A stretch of 64,000 nt of DNA from a virus: the IMG/VR virus record IMGVR_UViG_3300030061_003198. The stretch is one strand, 5' to 3'. Below, piece by piece: positions 26,886-37,595 of this stretch; the first letter of the stretch is position 1; every line of letters begins with the position of its first letter. The translations under genes were made by a program, and so were the position numbers. The notes under the pieces are model-generated. The model saw only the letters and a program-made list of their open reading frames with translations. It was not told the DNA's origin and ran no database searches.

Positions 26886-27607
26886 ATAACTTCAAATTCA
26901 TAATTATTAACAAAACATTTACCATTGAATGGCCTAGAGAATTCTTCTTCTATTAATGATACCCAATCCTTATCTGTATTGTGTCCCCATGCTTTAACCT
27001 TTTGTATCATTTGTTCTTTTGTTCGAACCCAACTATAATGATGTAATAATGGCTTTCCATCTTGTAATATCATTCGTTGTTTAGGAACATTTAATACTTC
27101 ATGTAACTGTTCTCGTTCAATTTGTAAATTATTAGGATCGATATGTACTAAATGTTTACGAACTAATACAGGAGAATCTTCATATGTCTTTGATCTAATA
27201 TTCATTTCTCGAAAATACCAATAACATCCTAATTTATAACTATCATGATCATCAATTGTTTCATTATTAATAAATTTTGTAAATAATTCAACATCGATTA
27301 TTTCATCAGAATCAATAAATAACACCCAATCGATATTATTTTTTAATAAATGGTTTCCAATAATACGAGACATATTGTGCCAATATCTAGGATGATATCC
27401 CGGAGTCCAATCAAATGTTGTAAAATTAACATTTGGGTATTCTTCTGATAATTTTTTTATTGACTCTAAATCTTCGGGCGTACCGTCATATAGATGAGTA
27501 CTAATAGGCACTATAACTTCATCGCTAACTTGTATTGCTGCATCTATACAATCTCGTATAAACGACTCATCATTTGTACAATAACTTATAACTGTTCCTA
27601 ATTTCAT
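26882..27607 (-). CDS. GT-A (GT2-like) glycosyltransferase
   Basis: WVLFIDSDE; HHYSWVR. Confidence 0.8.
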   Translation of the reverse strand: MKLGTVISYCTNDESFIRDCIDAAIQVSDEVIVPISTHLYDGTPEDLESIKKLSEEYPNVNFTTFDWTPGYHPRYWHNMSRIIGNHLLKNNIDWVLFIDSDEIIDVELFTKFINNETIDDHDSYKLGCYWYFREMNIRSKTYEDSPVLVRKHLVHIDPNNLQIEREQLHEVLNVPKQRMILQDGKPLLHHYSWVRTKEQMIQKVKAWGHNTDKDWVSLIEEEFSRPFNGKCFVNNYEFEVI

Positions 27608-27610
27608 AAT

Positions 27611-28159
27611 TTACTTAAAAATAACTAATCCTGTTCCAGACCAATGTCCCATTGAGGTAATATCATACTTTTCATTATCAATTTGATTCCAAAATTCTTT
27701 CATTGGAGCATTTAAATGAATATCGTCTAATAACAGATATCCTTTCCAATTAATATCTTTTAGATATTGATATGCTTTATGTTCAAATGGTCCTTCGTGA
27801 TCTGTATCTAACATTATTAATGGAGATTTCATTAATAGATCTTTATACTCACTATCGGTAAAATCGCCTAGTATATAATCTATATTATCTAAATTTTTAG
27901 ACACTCGTTTATAATCTCCTAGATCAAATGATTTAACTTTATTATTAGTATTATATGATAATGCTAATGATGAACATCCTTTATATGTACCAATATCTAA
28001 TAAAATTTCATTTTCGAATAACGTGCTAAAGTATGCTAATAACTTATAATGTTCACGTCCTCCGTCAGATACAAAATATTGTTTAAATTCTTGTTCTGTT
28101 ATTATATCTCCTAATTCTGATAAATTAATATCATTGATCTGTTTTAAATCTAATTCCAT
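27611..28159 (-). CDS. Class I SAM-dependent methyltransferase (sugar O-methyltransferase-like)
   Basis: LDIGTYKGCS, MLDTDH, LLDDI. Confidence 0.85.
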   Translation of the reverse strand: MELDLKQINDINLSELGDIITEQEFKQYFVSDGGREHYKLLAYFSTLFENEILLDIGTYKGCSSLALSYNTNNKVKSFDLGDYKRVSKNLDNIDYILGDFTDSEYKDLLMKSPLIMLDTDHEGPFEHKAYQYLKDINWKGYLLLDDIHLNAPMKEFWNQIDNEKYDITSMGHWSGTGLVIFK

Positions 28160-28160
28160 A

Positions 28161-28919
28161 TTATATTTCCTTTATCCATTCTAACATTGTTTCATGATTG
28201 CGATAAAATTTTGCTCTGCCATTCTCCCCGGCAACATAAAAATTTGGTAAATGATGTATTATATTATCTTCAAATTCTGAAATACATATAACTTTTTCCC
28301 AATTACTAAATTCAAATAAATCAGTATTTACTCTACATTTTACACTATAATTCATAGTTTTAGTATCAGGGGAACATAAGTTTTCAAAGTACTTTGGATT
28401 GTATTGAATTACTCTGTATAATTGTTCTTTTGTTATAAAATAACTTGCTTGATGTACATTTGATAATCTACAAAATTCTAAATCTGAATGTTTTTCTTTT
28501 GATCCCTTAATAAAATGATTATCTAAAAATGCACAATAAGATTTATCACCATTAGGTGTTTCTTCATATTGAATCAATCCTGGTATTCTATTTTCTGGTA
28601 ATAATTCTGAATATCGTATATGATTATCTAAATGATGTTCTTGCCATAAATGATCATTTTCTGTATAAATAAAACCATCAAACTCATCTTTATAATGGTG
28701 TATTACTTGTTTACATGTTGCTGGCAAATGCTGATAATCATTTAGTCGTACTTCATTAACATAATCAATCCCTGCAATATCTAATTTAACATTACTATTT
28801 ACTATTATAGTAACATTATATTTTTTAAATGATTTTAATTCTCGAACTACTTGTTCTAAATATTGGAGTTGATCTTCTCCATAATTTACTATAACTGCTA
28901 ATACTTTAAGCTTTTTCAT
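28161..28919 (-). CDS. GT-A glycosyltransferase-like protein
   Basis: FIYTENDH; IHHLPN. Confidence 0.65.
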   Translation of the reverse strand: MKKLKVLAVIVNYGEDQLQYLEQVVRELKSFKKYNVTIIVNSNVKLDIAGIDYVNEVRLNDYQHLPATCKQVIHHYKDEFDGFIYTENDHLWQEHHLDNHIRYSELLPENRIPGLIQYEETPNGDKSYCAFLDNHFIKGSKEKHSDLEFCRLSNVHQASYFITKEQLYRVIQYNPKYFENLCSPDTKTMNYSVKCRVNTDLFEFSNWEKVICISEFEDNIIHHLPNFYVAGENGRAKFYRNHETMLEWIKEI

Positions 28920-29886
28920 AATATTCAATCCAATAGTTAATCATTTCATCTAACATAGACTCAAATGTATATTTATGTTTCCAGTTAAGTTGCTTCTGTG
29001 TTTTTGAACAATCTCCTTTTAAAAATTCTAACTCTTCTGATCTATAATATTTTTTATCCTGGGTAACATAACATTCATAATCCATTCCTAATTTATTAAA
29101 TACATATTCAACTAAATCCCTTACTGTATGTGATACTCCGGTTGAACATACAAAATCATCTGGTTTATCATGTTGTAACATTAACCACATTGCATATACA
29201 TAATCCTTTGCGTGTCCCCAATCTCTACTAGCATCTAAATTACCAAGTAATAACTGTTTCGATAATCCTAATTTAATTTTGACAGCTTCTTTTACTACTT
29301 TGTTAGTTACAAAATTTGTGCCGCGCCTTGGAGATTCATGATTAAATAATATTCCATTTGATATAAACATATTGTATGCATTCCTATAATTTCTACATAT
29401 GTTATATCCAAATACTTTTGCACAGCCATATGGAGATACTGGATTAAGAGGTGTTGTTTCTCTTTGGTATCCGTCGGCATCTATAGTATTACCAAACATC
29501 TCCGAGCTACTTGCTTGATACATTTTTGCGCTTGGACAAGTTAGCCGTATAGCTTCTAACAAATTCAGCGTACCCATTGCAATAGAATCTGTCGTATATA
29601 TTGGTTGATCAAAACTAATTCTTACATGGGATTGAGCAGCTAGATTATATATTTCATCAGGTTTACATAATTGCAATACTCGAATAAGTGATGACATATC
29701 TGTCATATCAGCATATTCTAATTTGACTTGTTTAAATAATCTGTCCGGAATCCTAGCTGTTTGATTTTCTGCTACAGAGTTACGTTTTAGTATTCCCCAA
29801 ATTTCATAACCTTTTTCCACTAATAGTTCTGACAGATATGATCCGTCTTGGCCATTTATTCCAGTTATTAATGCTACTTTACTCAT
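28906..29886 (-). CDS. gmd: GDP-mannose 4,6-dehydratase
   Basis: ITGINGQDGSYL, NLAAQSHV, QASSSE, SPYGCAK, GILFNHESPRRG, RDWGHA. Confidence 0.96.
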   Translation of the reverse strand: MSKVALITGINGQDGSYLSELLVEKGYEIWGILKRNSVAENQTARIPDRLFKQVKLEYADMTDMSSLIRVLQLCKPDEIYNLAAQSHVRISFDQPIYTTDSIAMGTLNLLEAIRLTCPSAKMYQASSSEMFGNTIDADGYQRETTPLNPVSPYGCAKVFGYNICRNYRNAYNMFISNGILFNHESPRRGTNFVTNKVVKEAVKIKLGLSKQLLLGNLDASRDWGHAKDYVYAMWLMLQHDKPDDFVCSTGVSHTVRDLVEYVFNKLGMDYECYVTQDKKYYRSEELEFLKGDCSKTQKQLNWKHKYTFESMLDEMINYWIEYYEKA

Positions 29887-31033
29887 ATTTGTTTATTATG
29901 TCTATTATTAAGTTCATATCTTTTTTCGTTAAATCTTGATGATTAGGAATATAAAATCCTGACTTATCTAATGATTCGCAGTTTGATAATGATGGTATAT
30001 CATTTTCATTATACCACATCGGTTTATTTGCCATGTTACCTGCGATTAAAGGTCTAACTTCAATCTTGTTATCTTGTAATTCTTTAATAATTTCATCTCT
30101 TTTTGAATGTAATATAGGAATAGCAAAACTAGAAACAAAATCATTTTTATTTTCTTTTAGTTCTAATTCATTATTTTTTATTAAATTTATATAATGTTTA
30201 AAGTTAACTCTACGTCTTTGAGAATAATCATCTAATTTCTTTATAGCTCTTAAACCTATAAATGCTTGTAAGTCAGTTGATCTTACGTTCATTCCTGGTA
30301 CATAAAAATTATACAAAGAATTGAATTCTGTGCATTTATACTTATCTCTTAATTCTTTTTGTTTATCTTTAGGTAAATCTCTATCCCATCCATGGCTTCT
30401 AATCATTAACAATAAATGATATAAATCTTCATCATCGGTATTAATAAACCCTCCTTCTATTGTGGATAGGTGATGACCAAAATACATTGAGTAAAAAGAT
30501 GCTAATCCAAAACTTCCTAGGTACTGTTCTTGGTATTTAGATCCCATGCTTTCACATACATCTTCTAAAAGTAATACATCATATTTTTTGCATAGGTCTA
30601 CCACTCTCTTCATATCAGGTACTAAACCTAACGGCGAAACTAAAATAAATGTAGAAGGATTATGTTCTTTAAATAATTTTTCTAAATGATCTAAGTCACA
30701 AGATAAGTCTTCTAAATTACAATCACACATATAAGTTTCATACCCTAACAACATAGGTGAGCTAACATCTGTTGCCCAGCTTAATGCAGGTACTATAATT
30801 TTATTGTTCTTTAATTTATTTGAATACTTTAAAGCAGCTAAGGTTAATAAAATAGAAGAAGATCCTGAATTAACAAATACAGAATATTTTGTTCCTATTT
30901 TCTTAGCCCATTTTTCTTCTAACCGCTTGGTTAATTCGCCTTTAGTAAGTCTTGGTATTGGATCTTGTTGTAACCATTCGACAAGCGCTGTTATATCTTG
31001 TTTATCTATTGTATCGCTAACTAATTTTATCAT
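29879..31033 (-). CDS. colD: GDP-4-keto-6-deoxymannose 3-dehydratase (ColD-type PLP enzyme)
   Basis: VNSGSS, EDVCESMG, SMYFGHHLSTIEGG (His at the PLP-Lys position), RSHGWDRDLP; no E1-type Fe-S cysteines. Confidence 0.8.
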   Translation of the reverse strand: MIKLVSDTIDKQDITALVEWLQQDPIPRLTKGELTKRLEEKWAKKIGTKYSVFVNSGSSSILLTLAALKYSNKLKNNKIIVPALSWATDVSSPMLLGYETYMCDCNLEDLSCDLDHLEKLFKEHNPSTFILVSPLGLVPDMKRVVDLCKKYDVLLLEDVCESMGSKYQEQYLGSFGLASFYSMYFGHHLSTIEGGFINTDDEDLYHLLLMIRSHGWDRDLPKDKQKELRDKYKCTEFNSLYNFYVPGMNVRSTDLQAFIGLRAIKKLDDYSQRRRVNFKHYINLIKNNELELKENKNDFVSSFAIPILHSKRDEIIKELQDNKIEVRPLIAGNMANKPMWYNENDIPSLSNCESLDKSGFYIPNHQDLTKKDMNLIIDIINKYE

Positions 31034-31904
31034 ATACTTTTTTTATGCCTTCTTCATATGAAGTAAATTTGAATTCCGGAAATAATGATAGCATTTTTGT
31101 TGTATCAACATCTTTACGATATTGGCCATCTAGCTCTGGATTATTATATTTAATATAATAATTTTTCTTTAAAGAACCTAATGCTTTTTCAGCTAAGTCA
31201 TTAATTGATTGATTTTTTGGATATGCAATATTGAAACTTTCAGTAACATCATTTTCAATAGTTAACTTAATAACCTTAGCAAGATCTCCGGCATACATAA
31301 ACTGACGAAGTGGCTTTCCAGTACCTAATAAATTTAATTCACCATTACTCGTTTTAATCTTTTTTAACAAAGCGGTAATAAAATGCATTTTATTATCATT
31401 ATCAAAATTATCATATTCACTATATAAATTACATGGTGTAATATAATTATACGCCGTACCATATTGCTTATTATATGCTTCGATCTGTACTGCTAATGCT
31501 CGTTTAGCATATCCATAACTAAAATTAGTAGGAGTTGGCGGGCCGGCAAACATTACTTCTTCTTTCATAGGATATGAATCTACCTTATCTGGATATATAC
31601 ATGTACTTAATATTCCAATAAATCTTTTGACCTTATATTCATGAGAAACTTTCAATATGTTAGTATTCATTAATATGTTATCATCAAAGTATTCTGCAGG
31701 TTTAGCAATGTTATCTTGTATGCCGCCAACCTTAGCAGCTAAATGAACAACTATATCAGGTGTATATGATGATATCAACCACCTAACCATTTTTATATCT
31801 GTCAAATCACAATCAGTGCTACTAATATAAATTGCATCAGGTAATATTTCCTTAAGATGCTTGCCTACCGTACTTGTGCCGCCTGTAACTAATATTTGTT
31901 TCAT
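31017..31904 (-). CDS. fcl: GDP-fucose/GDP-colitose synthase (epimerase-reductase)
   Basis: HLAAKVGGI, STCIYP, YGYAK, PCNLY, HFITALL, GTGKPLRQF. Confidence 0.9.
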   Translation of the reverse strand: MKQILVTGGTSTVGKHLKEILPDAIYISSTDCDLTDIKMVRWLISSYTPDIVVHLAAKVGGIQDNIAKPAEYFDDNILMNTNILKVSHEYKVKRFIGILSTCIYPDKVDSYPMKEEVMFAGPPTPTNFSYGYAKRALAVQIEAYNKQYGTAYNYITPCNLYSEYDNFDNDNKMHFITALLKKIKTSNGELNLLGTGKPLRQFMYAGDLAKVIKLTIENDVTESFNIAYPKNQSINDLAEKALGSLKKNYYIKYNNPELDGQYRKDVDTTKMLSLFPEFKFTSYEEGIKKVYDKIS

Positions 31905-32740
31905 TATATAATTCCCATTAAAGTAAAAATATTCTCATACATCCAATCTTCTGACAATATATATTTTTTTGCAGTTTCGAAATTTTCTTTAGCATATGGT
32001 AATTTTTCATTATATAAATCTTGTCCTAATGATGCATATATATTAGGAAATTCTTCTATATCATTCATTATAATCATCCCGCGCGTATCAAAATAATCTC
32101 CAATTGACGGCATACCCCAATAGATTGGAATTGTTCCGGTCATAATAGGATTAATTAATTTTTCGGAAAAATGTAGATCTCGCCGTTGATTTTCCATTGC
32201 AATATGAAATGCATAATCTTTTAATCCAGTAGTTATACTATCAATTGGATTATATCCTCTACCCATAACATCAATAACATTGCCCCATCGTTGTATTAGT
32301 TCATGCCTTTTTAAATGATCAGGAACATTGCTTTTTCCTGATGCGATAATACTTACTATTTTAGTTTTATTATGAAACATTCTATTTTCTGGTTCTATCC
32401 AGCATCCGCCAAAAGGATAATAAATGAAATTTTCGCCTTTATCTAGTAATTTTTTTTCATTAGTTAATACATAATCAAATAAATGATTGTTATTTAATAC
32501 CCATTCATAACAATCGGGTTGTTTAACATATGGTTCTATTAACCATGCTATTTTTTTGCGGTGGCCCGATTTATCGCCTTTCATAATATCGCTGTCGGTA
32601 TAAAATACTAAATCTTCATTATGAGATACGTTTCTATCCCATTCTATATTATCTGAAAAAGATACAGGTGGCATAGGATTATTACTATATTCACAATGAC
32701 AAAACGTTTGTTCTATTATTTTTAATTTTAATTTACTCAT
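31904..32740 (-). CDS. GT10-like alpha-1,3/4-fucosyl(colitosyl)transferase
   Basis: YAFHIAMEN...FSEKL...GTIPIYWG. Confidence 0.8.
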   Translation of the reverse strand: MSKLKLKIIEQTFCHCEYSNNPMPPVSFSDNIEWDRNVSHNEDLVFYTDSDIMKGDKSGHRKKIAWLIEPYVKQPDCYEWVLNNNHLFDYVLTNEKKLLDKGENFIYYPFGGCWIEPENRMFHNKTKIVSIIASGKSNVPDHLKRHELIQRWGNVIDVMGRGYNPIDSITTGLKDYAFHIAMENQRRDLHFSEKLINPIMTGTIPIYWGMPSIGDYFDTRGMIIMNDIEEFPNIYASLGQDLYNEKLPYAKENFETAKKYILSEDWMYENIFTLMGII

Positions 32741-33480
32741 ATTACTAACCAATCTTTACAATATAAATCAGTTGGATCTAATTTTTTATTAGGACCAAAC
32801 CAATTTTTAGGAGCAATTACTGTTTTATTATTATTTTTATTTAACCATGCCCCCCACCAGCTAAATGATGAATTTGCAATTATATTATGATTGCATAATG
32901 ACATTAACCACAAATCTATATAATCTTCTTCTCCTTCGATAAATATAAATTTATCGCCTACAAAATTATTTTTACACCATACTATATCATCACTAAATAT
33001 AAGAAAATTATCACAATTATTGAAATATGTCATAGCTGAATTATAATAATTTATATCCTGTACAGGATGTTTATCTTGTTTATTTAAATAATCACCCCGT
33101 CGTACATGAATAGAAACAGAATTTGATAACATATTAGCATATTTAGTTTGTATATATGTATTTGAAGCTTTATCAATTGAATATAAATCTAATATTTTTA
33201 TCCTATCTAGATATTTTTCACTTTGAAAATATCCGTTGAATAGTATGTTATTATATGTAGGTAGTGGTTGATATGTAAAAGATGGTTCATCATACTCATA
33301 TTGCAATCCTTCAACATTTTGATTTATTTTTCTAAATATATTTCTAAGATACTTTTTAATATTGCCATGCACTTGTGTAGCATCTTGGATATTAAAACCT
33401 ACATCTTCAGACAATGAGTACATTGCAGCTACTTGAAATAAGTAGTTACCTAAACCTCCTTGTAGTTTACAGCTAATCAT
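32737..33480 (-). CDS. GT11 alpha-1,2-fucosyl(colitosyl)transferase
   Basis: GGLGN.LFQ, GYFQS, HVRRGDY, FSDD, NSSFSWWGAWL. Confidence 0.93.
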   Translation of the reverse strand: MISCKLQGGLGNYLFQVAAMYSLSEDVGFNIQDATQVHGNIKKYLRNIFRKINQNVEGLQYEYDEPSFTYQPLPTYNNILFNGYFQSEKYLDRIKILDLYSIDKASNTYIQTKYANMLSNSVSIHVRRGDYLNKQDKHPVQDINYYNSAMTYFNNCDNFLIFSDDIVWCKNNFVGDKFIFIEGEEDYIDLWLMSLCNHNIIANSSFSWWGAWLNKNNNKTVIAPKNWFGPNKKLDPTDLYCKDWLVI

Positions 33481-34162
33481 TACTATCCTCTAATATTGAA
33501 TTCCAAGATTGTGATAAATTATAATTTACAACTTTCTGCTCTATATCACTATAATCATCTGCTTGATCTGTTAGGCAAGGATAACAACCAAATATATTAT
33601 AATTAGGATTATGATGTATTTCAGAAAGATAATAAAAATCAATATTTACACGGCTAGGACCTGACCATATGGTATTATCATAAAAGTTAACGTTATCATA
33701 TTTGTTTAGTATAGTATCATACATACTTTCATAAACAATGTATGAATGAGTTGTTTTTGCTCCGCCTATTCTAAATAAATTTTTATCGATCTTTTTATTA
33801 GTTTCAACATATCCAGTTAATAAATTGCCGCCTAAATAAAGCATATGAGGACTTAGATTATTTGTTTCAATTTGTTGTAATGATGCTAATAAAGTAGATT
33901 TAAATGTAGAAGGATTAGTAATAGTAAAATCATCTTCAAATATTAATATATTTTTATAATTATTTTCTTTAGCATGCTTTACTATATTATAATGTGATAA
34001 TGTACAACCTCGTATACCGATATTATCTTTAATAGCTGGAACTCGGTAATAATTAGTAATATTTACACTATTAAGCGCTTCTTCACATTTAGTACGCCTG
34101 TCTTGTCTTTCGTCTAGATTTATATAGACAATACAATCAATATATTCAGATAGCCAACTCAT
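33473..34162 (-). CDS. GT25-like glycosyltransferase
   Basis: YINLDERQDR, GCTLSH, ILIFEDD. Confidence 0.85.
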   Translation of the reverse strand: MSWLSEYIDCIVYINLDERQDRRTKCEEALNSVNITNYYRVPAIKDNIGIRGCTLSHYNIVKHAKENNYKNILIFEDDFTITNPSTFKSTLLASLQQIETNNLSPHMLYLGGNLLTGYVETNKKIDKNLFRIGGAKTTHSYIVYESMYDTILNKYDNVNFYDNTIWSGPSRVNIDFYYLSEIHHNPNYNIFGCYPCLTDQADDYSDIEQKVVNYNLSQSWNSILEDSND

Positions 34163-34791
34163 TAAATCGTTTCGTAATATTCGTTTTGACGTTCTTGTTT
34201 ATCTATTGTCTTTGGATGATGTAATGCTAATTCTTCATTAGGTGGCACTTGAGATAAAGCTTTATGCCCTTCTATTCTTTCATGTACTTTTCCTACCCAA
34301 TTTATATTTTTGTCTCGTTTATATATTCTACCTTGATAATCAGGCCAATTGACCCATCCTTCGTTATTAACTTGCCATTCCCATTTTTCTATATGAGTTT
34401 GAGTTAAGCCTTCAACTGTATTTATTCTTGGTATGTATATTAATTCGACACTAGGATTCATTTCTAATATAGGATGTAAATTATTAACTAGAATCTCAGA
34501 AGGTATCTCGTCTGCATCCAATTGAAATATCCAATCACAATCACGGAATAATTCATAGCCAGTATTTTTAAATGTAGCAAAATCATTATTTAATGGGGCA
34601 TATGCTAATCGAATTGAATCATCGGGAAGTAAAAATTTCTCACATAATTCCCGAACTTCATCAGTATGATTTGTCTCATCTAATAATATTCCTATACAAT
34701 CAGTATCAGAAATATTTGTTTTTAGCATTAGTAATAATCTTGCCAATTCTTCAAATTCATTACAAGCTGTTATAAAATATCCTATTTTCAT
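34162..34791 (-). CDS. GT2 glycosyltransferase
   Basis: WIFQLDADE, PRIN, WPDYQGR, VHE. Confidence 0.88.
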   Translation of the reverse strand: MKIGYFITACNEFEELARLLLMLKTNISDTDCIGILLDETNHTDEVRELCEKFLLPDDSIRLAYAPLNNDFATFKNTGYELFRDCDWIFQLDADEIPSEILVNNLHPILEMNPSVELIYIPRINTVEGLTQTHIEKWEWQVNNEGWVNWPDYQGRIYKRDKNINWVGKVHERIEGHKALSQVPPNEELALHHPKTIDKQERQNEYYETI

Positions 34792-36101
34792 ACTTTGTTC
34801 AACTTTGGTAATTTAATATTTGTATTTCCGGAATTAGGTAAACTAGATTTTGTTGTTTTATTTATTTTAGGCAACGATAATTTAGGTAACTGTAATTGCG
34901 TTGTATCAGGTATATGTTTAGTTCCAATATCAATAGTTTCAATTAACTTACTATATTTTTCTTTCATTGAATTTCTAGTGAATTTTTCATTAACAAATTT
35001 TTTCTGAGCTCTAGAACCTGGTAAAAATTTATTATATTGTTTATGAACTTCTTTTAATGCTTTTTTTGCATATCCATAATCCGGAGTAAACCATTTAGCT
35101 TCATTAATTAAAAATGGATTCTGTGCTGATTGGTGTATTGGTGTTAATCCTCCAATTAATGCAATAATATTTTCTTTTTGTAAAAAATCAGCTTGTCCCG
35201 AATAATGTGGAGCTATAATAGGCTTACCTGTTGTTGCAAACTCTAATAATGGACGACCAAACCCTTCAGCTTTAGTAAATGATATCATTGATTTAACCTT
35301 TGTATGATTATAAAGTAAATTCATTTCATCATCAGTTAAGTCTCCATGTAATAGATAAACATTAGGTAATTTTGTTTGTTTAGGGTATAGTGCACGAATT
35401 TGATTAATCTTATGTTCAATTGCATGCTTGTCAGTTACTGAATATGTTGCTCCTCCAGTTTTTAATATTAATCCTGGAACATTTGTTTTATTTTTAAATG
35501 TTTCAAAAAATACGTTAATTAGGCCACTAATATTTTTTCTATCTTCGCCCAATTGGCCTTCTAGCCAATGGCCAACAAATAAATAACAAAACTGTTCATG
35601 AATATCATTTAATATTGTTAATGATTTGTCTTTAATTGGTTTATATATAGATTGATCAAAATATTCTGATATGACTTGTATATCAGTAGATATCAACATA
35701 TTATGTTTTTTAGCAGTATTTATAAAAGTTTGTTTAGTAAACTCAGATGGTACAACAATAACATCCATTCTATTAATACATTCAATCCATTCTTTTGGAC
35801 CTACATCGCCTTCGGTACCAGCTGTTACCCCAATATTATATCTACCAACTTTTTGAAATTCATTTGGTACTGTTATCTGAACCCATATATCTGGTTGTTC
35901 TGATAATGGAAGTGGAACAAATTTACTTTGCCATTCTGTTGGTACTGGATATGTAAATGGGGTGTTGCCCCATGGCATTGAAAGTAATTTAATATCCCAT
36001 TCTGTTTCTTTTTGTTCTATTATATGACTAATAAATTCTCGCGCGTGATGTCCGTACCCCGATTGTGTAGCTACTGGACTTGAAATAACACATTTTTTCA
36101 T
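34788..36101 (-). CDS. GT-B (GT4-like) glycosyltransferase
   Basis: SGYG, DRKN, EGFGRPLLE (Ex7E). Confidence 0.88.
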   Translation of the reverse strand: MKKCVISSPVATQSGYGHHAREFISHIIEQKETEWDIKLLSMPWGNTPFTYPVPTEWQSKFVPLPLSEQPDIWVQITVPNEFQKVGRYNIGVTAGTEGDVGPKEWIECINRMDVIVVPSEFTKQTFINTAKKHNMLISTDIQVISEYFDQSIYKPIKDKSLTILNDIHEQFCYLFVGHWLEGQLGEDRKNISGLINVFFETFKNKTNVPGLILKTGGATYSVTDKHAIEHKINQIRALYPKQTKLPNVYLLHGDLTDDEMNLLYNHTKVKSMISFTKAEGFGRPLLEFATTGKPIIAPHYSGQADFLQKENIIALIGGLTPIHQSAQNPFLINEAKWFTPDYGYAKKALKEVHKQYNKFLPGSRAQKKFVNEKFTRNSMKEKYSKLIETIDIGTKHIPDTTQLQLPKLSLPKINKTTKSSLPNSGNTNIKLPKLNKV

Positions 36102-37555
36102 ACTATACCCATTTCTTTATATGTTGTTGATTCTACTTTATTTAATGTATATTTTGGTCTTTTATCTTTAGGATAATCGAATAAAAAGTCGATCATTTCG
36201 ATCATTTTATTACCCATTTGTTTTGATGTTAATCCATGAGATAAACAAAACTCCCTGCCAGCTTCGCCACATTCTTCTCTCTCTTCTGCTGGTGTAAAAT
36301 ACCATGCTGCAATTGCATCTGATACTTCTTCATATTGACATCTGTCGTCAAAAATATATGGAGTTTTAGGTGAACCTTGCATAGATCGATTAGATGGAAA
36401 TACTGGTTGTACCCATTTGCCATGCTTTTTAAAATTACCTTTATGATTGGTAGAAAATTCTCCGTTAAATCTTAACCAATTACCATCAGCATCTTCAAAT
36501 CTACATTGATCTTGTAATCCACCTGTAACATTATTAATAATTGGAGTACCTGATAACAATGATTCTGTACTACTCAATCCCCATCCTTCGTTAGACGCAA
36601 TATTAATAGTTACGTCTGCAACATTATACATTGCATTTAATTCTACTGAAGATATTCTGGCTTCTGAAAATAATATTTTACAATCTGGTGCAATATTTTC
36701 ATGTATTGTTCTAAGGTCTGTGCCATTATTATCTACAATTTGAGTATGCATTAGCAACCCTACTGTATCTTGTTTATCTTTTGGTAAATTATCTCTAAAT
36801 TTCTTGAATGCTAATATTACATCTCCAGGCTGTTTTCGCCTGATATTACGATTATTCCAAAATACTAAAAATTCAATTCCATTTTTAAGTTTTATATCAT
36901 CATGAAACTTTTTATATGTTGTATCTGTTTCGGATATAGGTTTATATATATTATGGTTCAACCCATGCGGAACATATCCAGTAATTACTTCATCCCATTC
37001 CAAATTTGGATCTGGCTTTTTAGTGTTGTCTTCTGTATCAAAGTCATACACCCCAAATCCGTTCTGTTCCAACACCTCTCGATGTATATTATCAGATTGT
37101 TTCGAAATTCCCATTATTAAGTCACAGCTACCGTAAAATGGGGCATTCCACATTGGATATGGTAGATCGTCCCAAATTGAATAATATATCAATGGAATAT
37201 TAAATGATGTTTTAATTTCATGTTCTAATGCGTATAACCATTCCCAATATCTCGGATCGGTAAAGTGGAATATAGCGTCTGGTTTTTCTGATTGAATTAT
37301 TGCAAATAATAAATTTCTATTTCCATATCCATCAGATGGTATAACTTTTACGTCTGCATCTTGAACGCCTGTTTCCCGACGAACATCTGCAGATAAATCA
37401 AACATTTTTCCAGTATCTGGATGTTTAACTGCTGCTCCTATTTGTACCCAATCATATTTGTGTACTGTATTTAAAATAATTTCTTTTGAAATGGTTCCAA
37501 TTCCAGAAGGTAATCTAAAATCGTCTGCTAATAACAGAATTTTCTTTTTTTTCAT
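36098..37555 (-). CDS. GT-B (GT4-like) glycosyltransferase
   Basis: NNRNIRRK, EGWGLSSTE (Ex7E), TGGLQDQ. Confidence 0.9.
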   Translation of the reverse strand: MKKKKILLLADDFRLPSGIGTISKEIILNTVHKYDWVQIGAAVKHPDTGKMFDLSADVRRETGVQDADVKVIPSDGYGNRNLLFAIIQSEKPDAIFHFTDPRYWEWLYALEHEIKTSFNIPLIYYSIWDDLPYPMWNAPFYGSCDLIMGISKQSDNIHREVLEQNGFGVYDFDTEDNTKKPDPNLEWDEVITGYVPHGLNHNIYKPISETDTTYKKFHDDIKLKNGIEFLVFWNNRNIRRKQPGDVILAFKKFRDNLPKDKQDTVGLLMHTQIVDNNGTDLRTIHENIAPDCKILFSEARISSVELNAMYNVADVTINIASNEGWGLSSTESLLSGTPIINNVTGGLQDQCRFEDADGNWLRFNGEFSTNHKGNFKKHGKWVQPVFPSNRSMQGSPKTPYIFDDRCQYEEVSDAIAAWYFTPAEEREECGEAGREFCLSHGLTSKQMGNKMIEMIDFLFDYPKDKRPKYTLNKVESTTYKEMGIV

Positions 37556-37595
37556 TAATAACCTTTATAAATATATAATAACTTTATTATAAATA

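Noticed and set aside
29879-31033. DegT/perosamine aminotransferase or CDP-sugar E1 dehydrase
   Set aside because: His replaces the Schiff-base Lys, E1's Fe-S cysteine motif is absent, and the neighbours are GDP-pathway genes.
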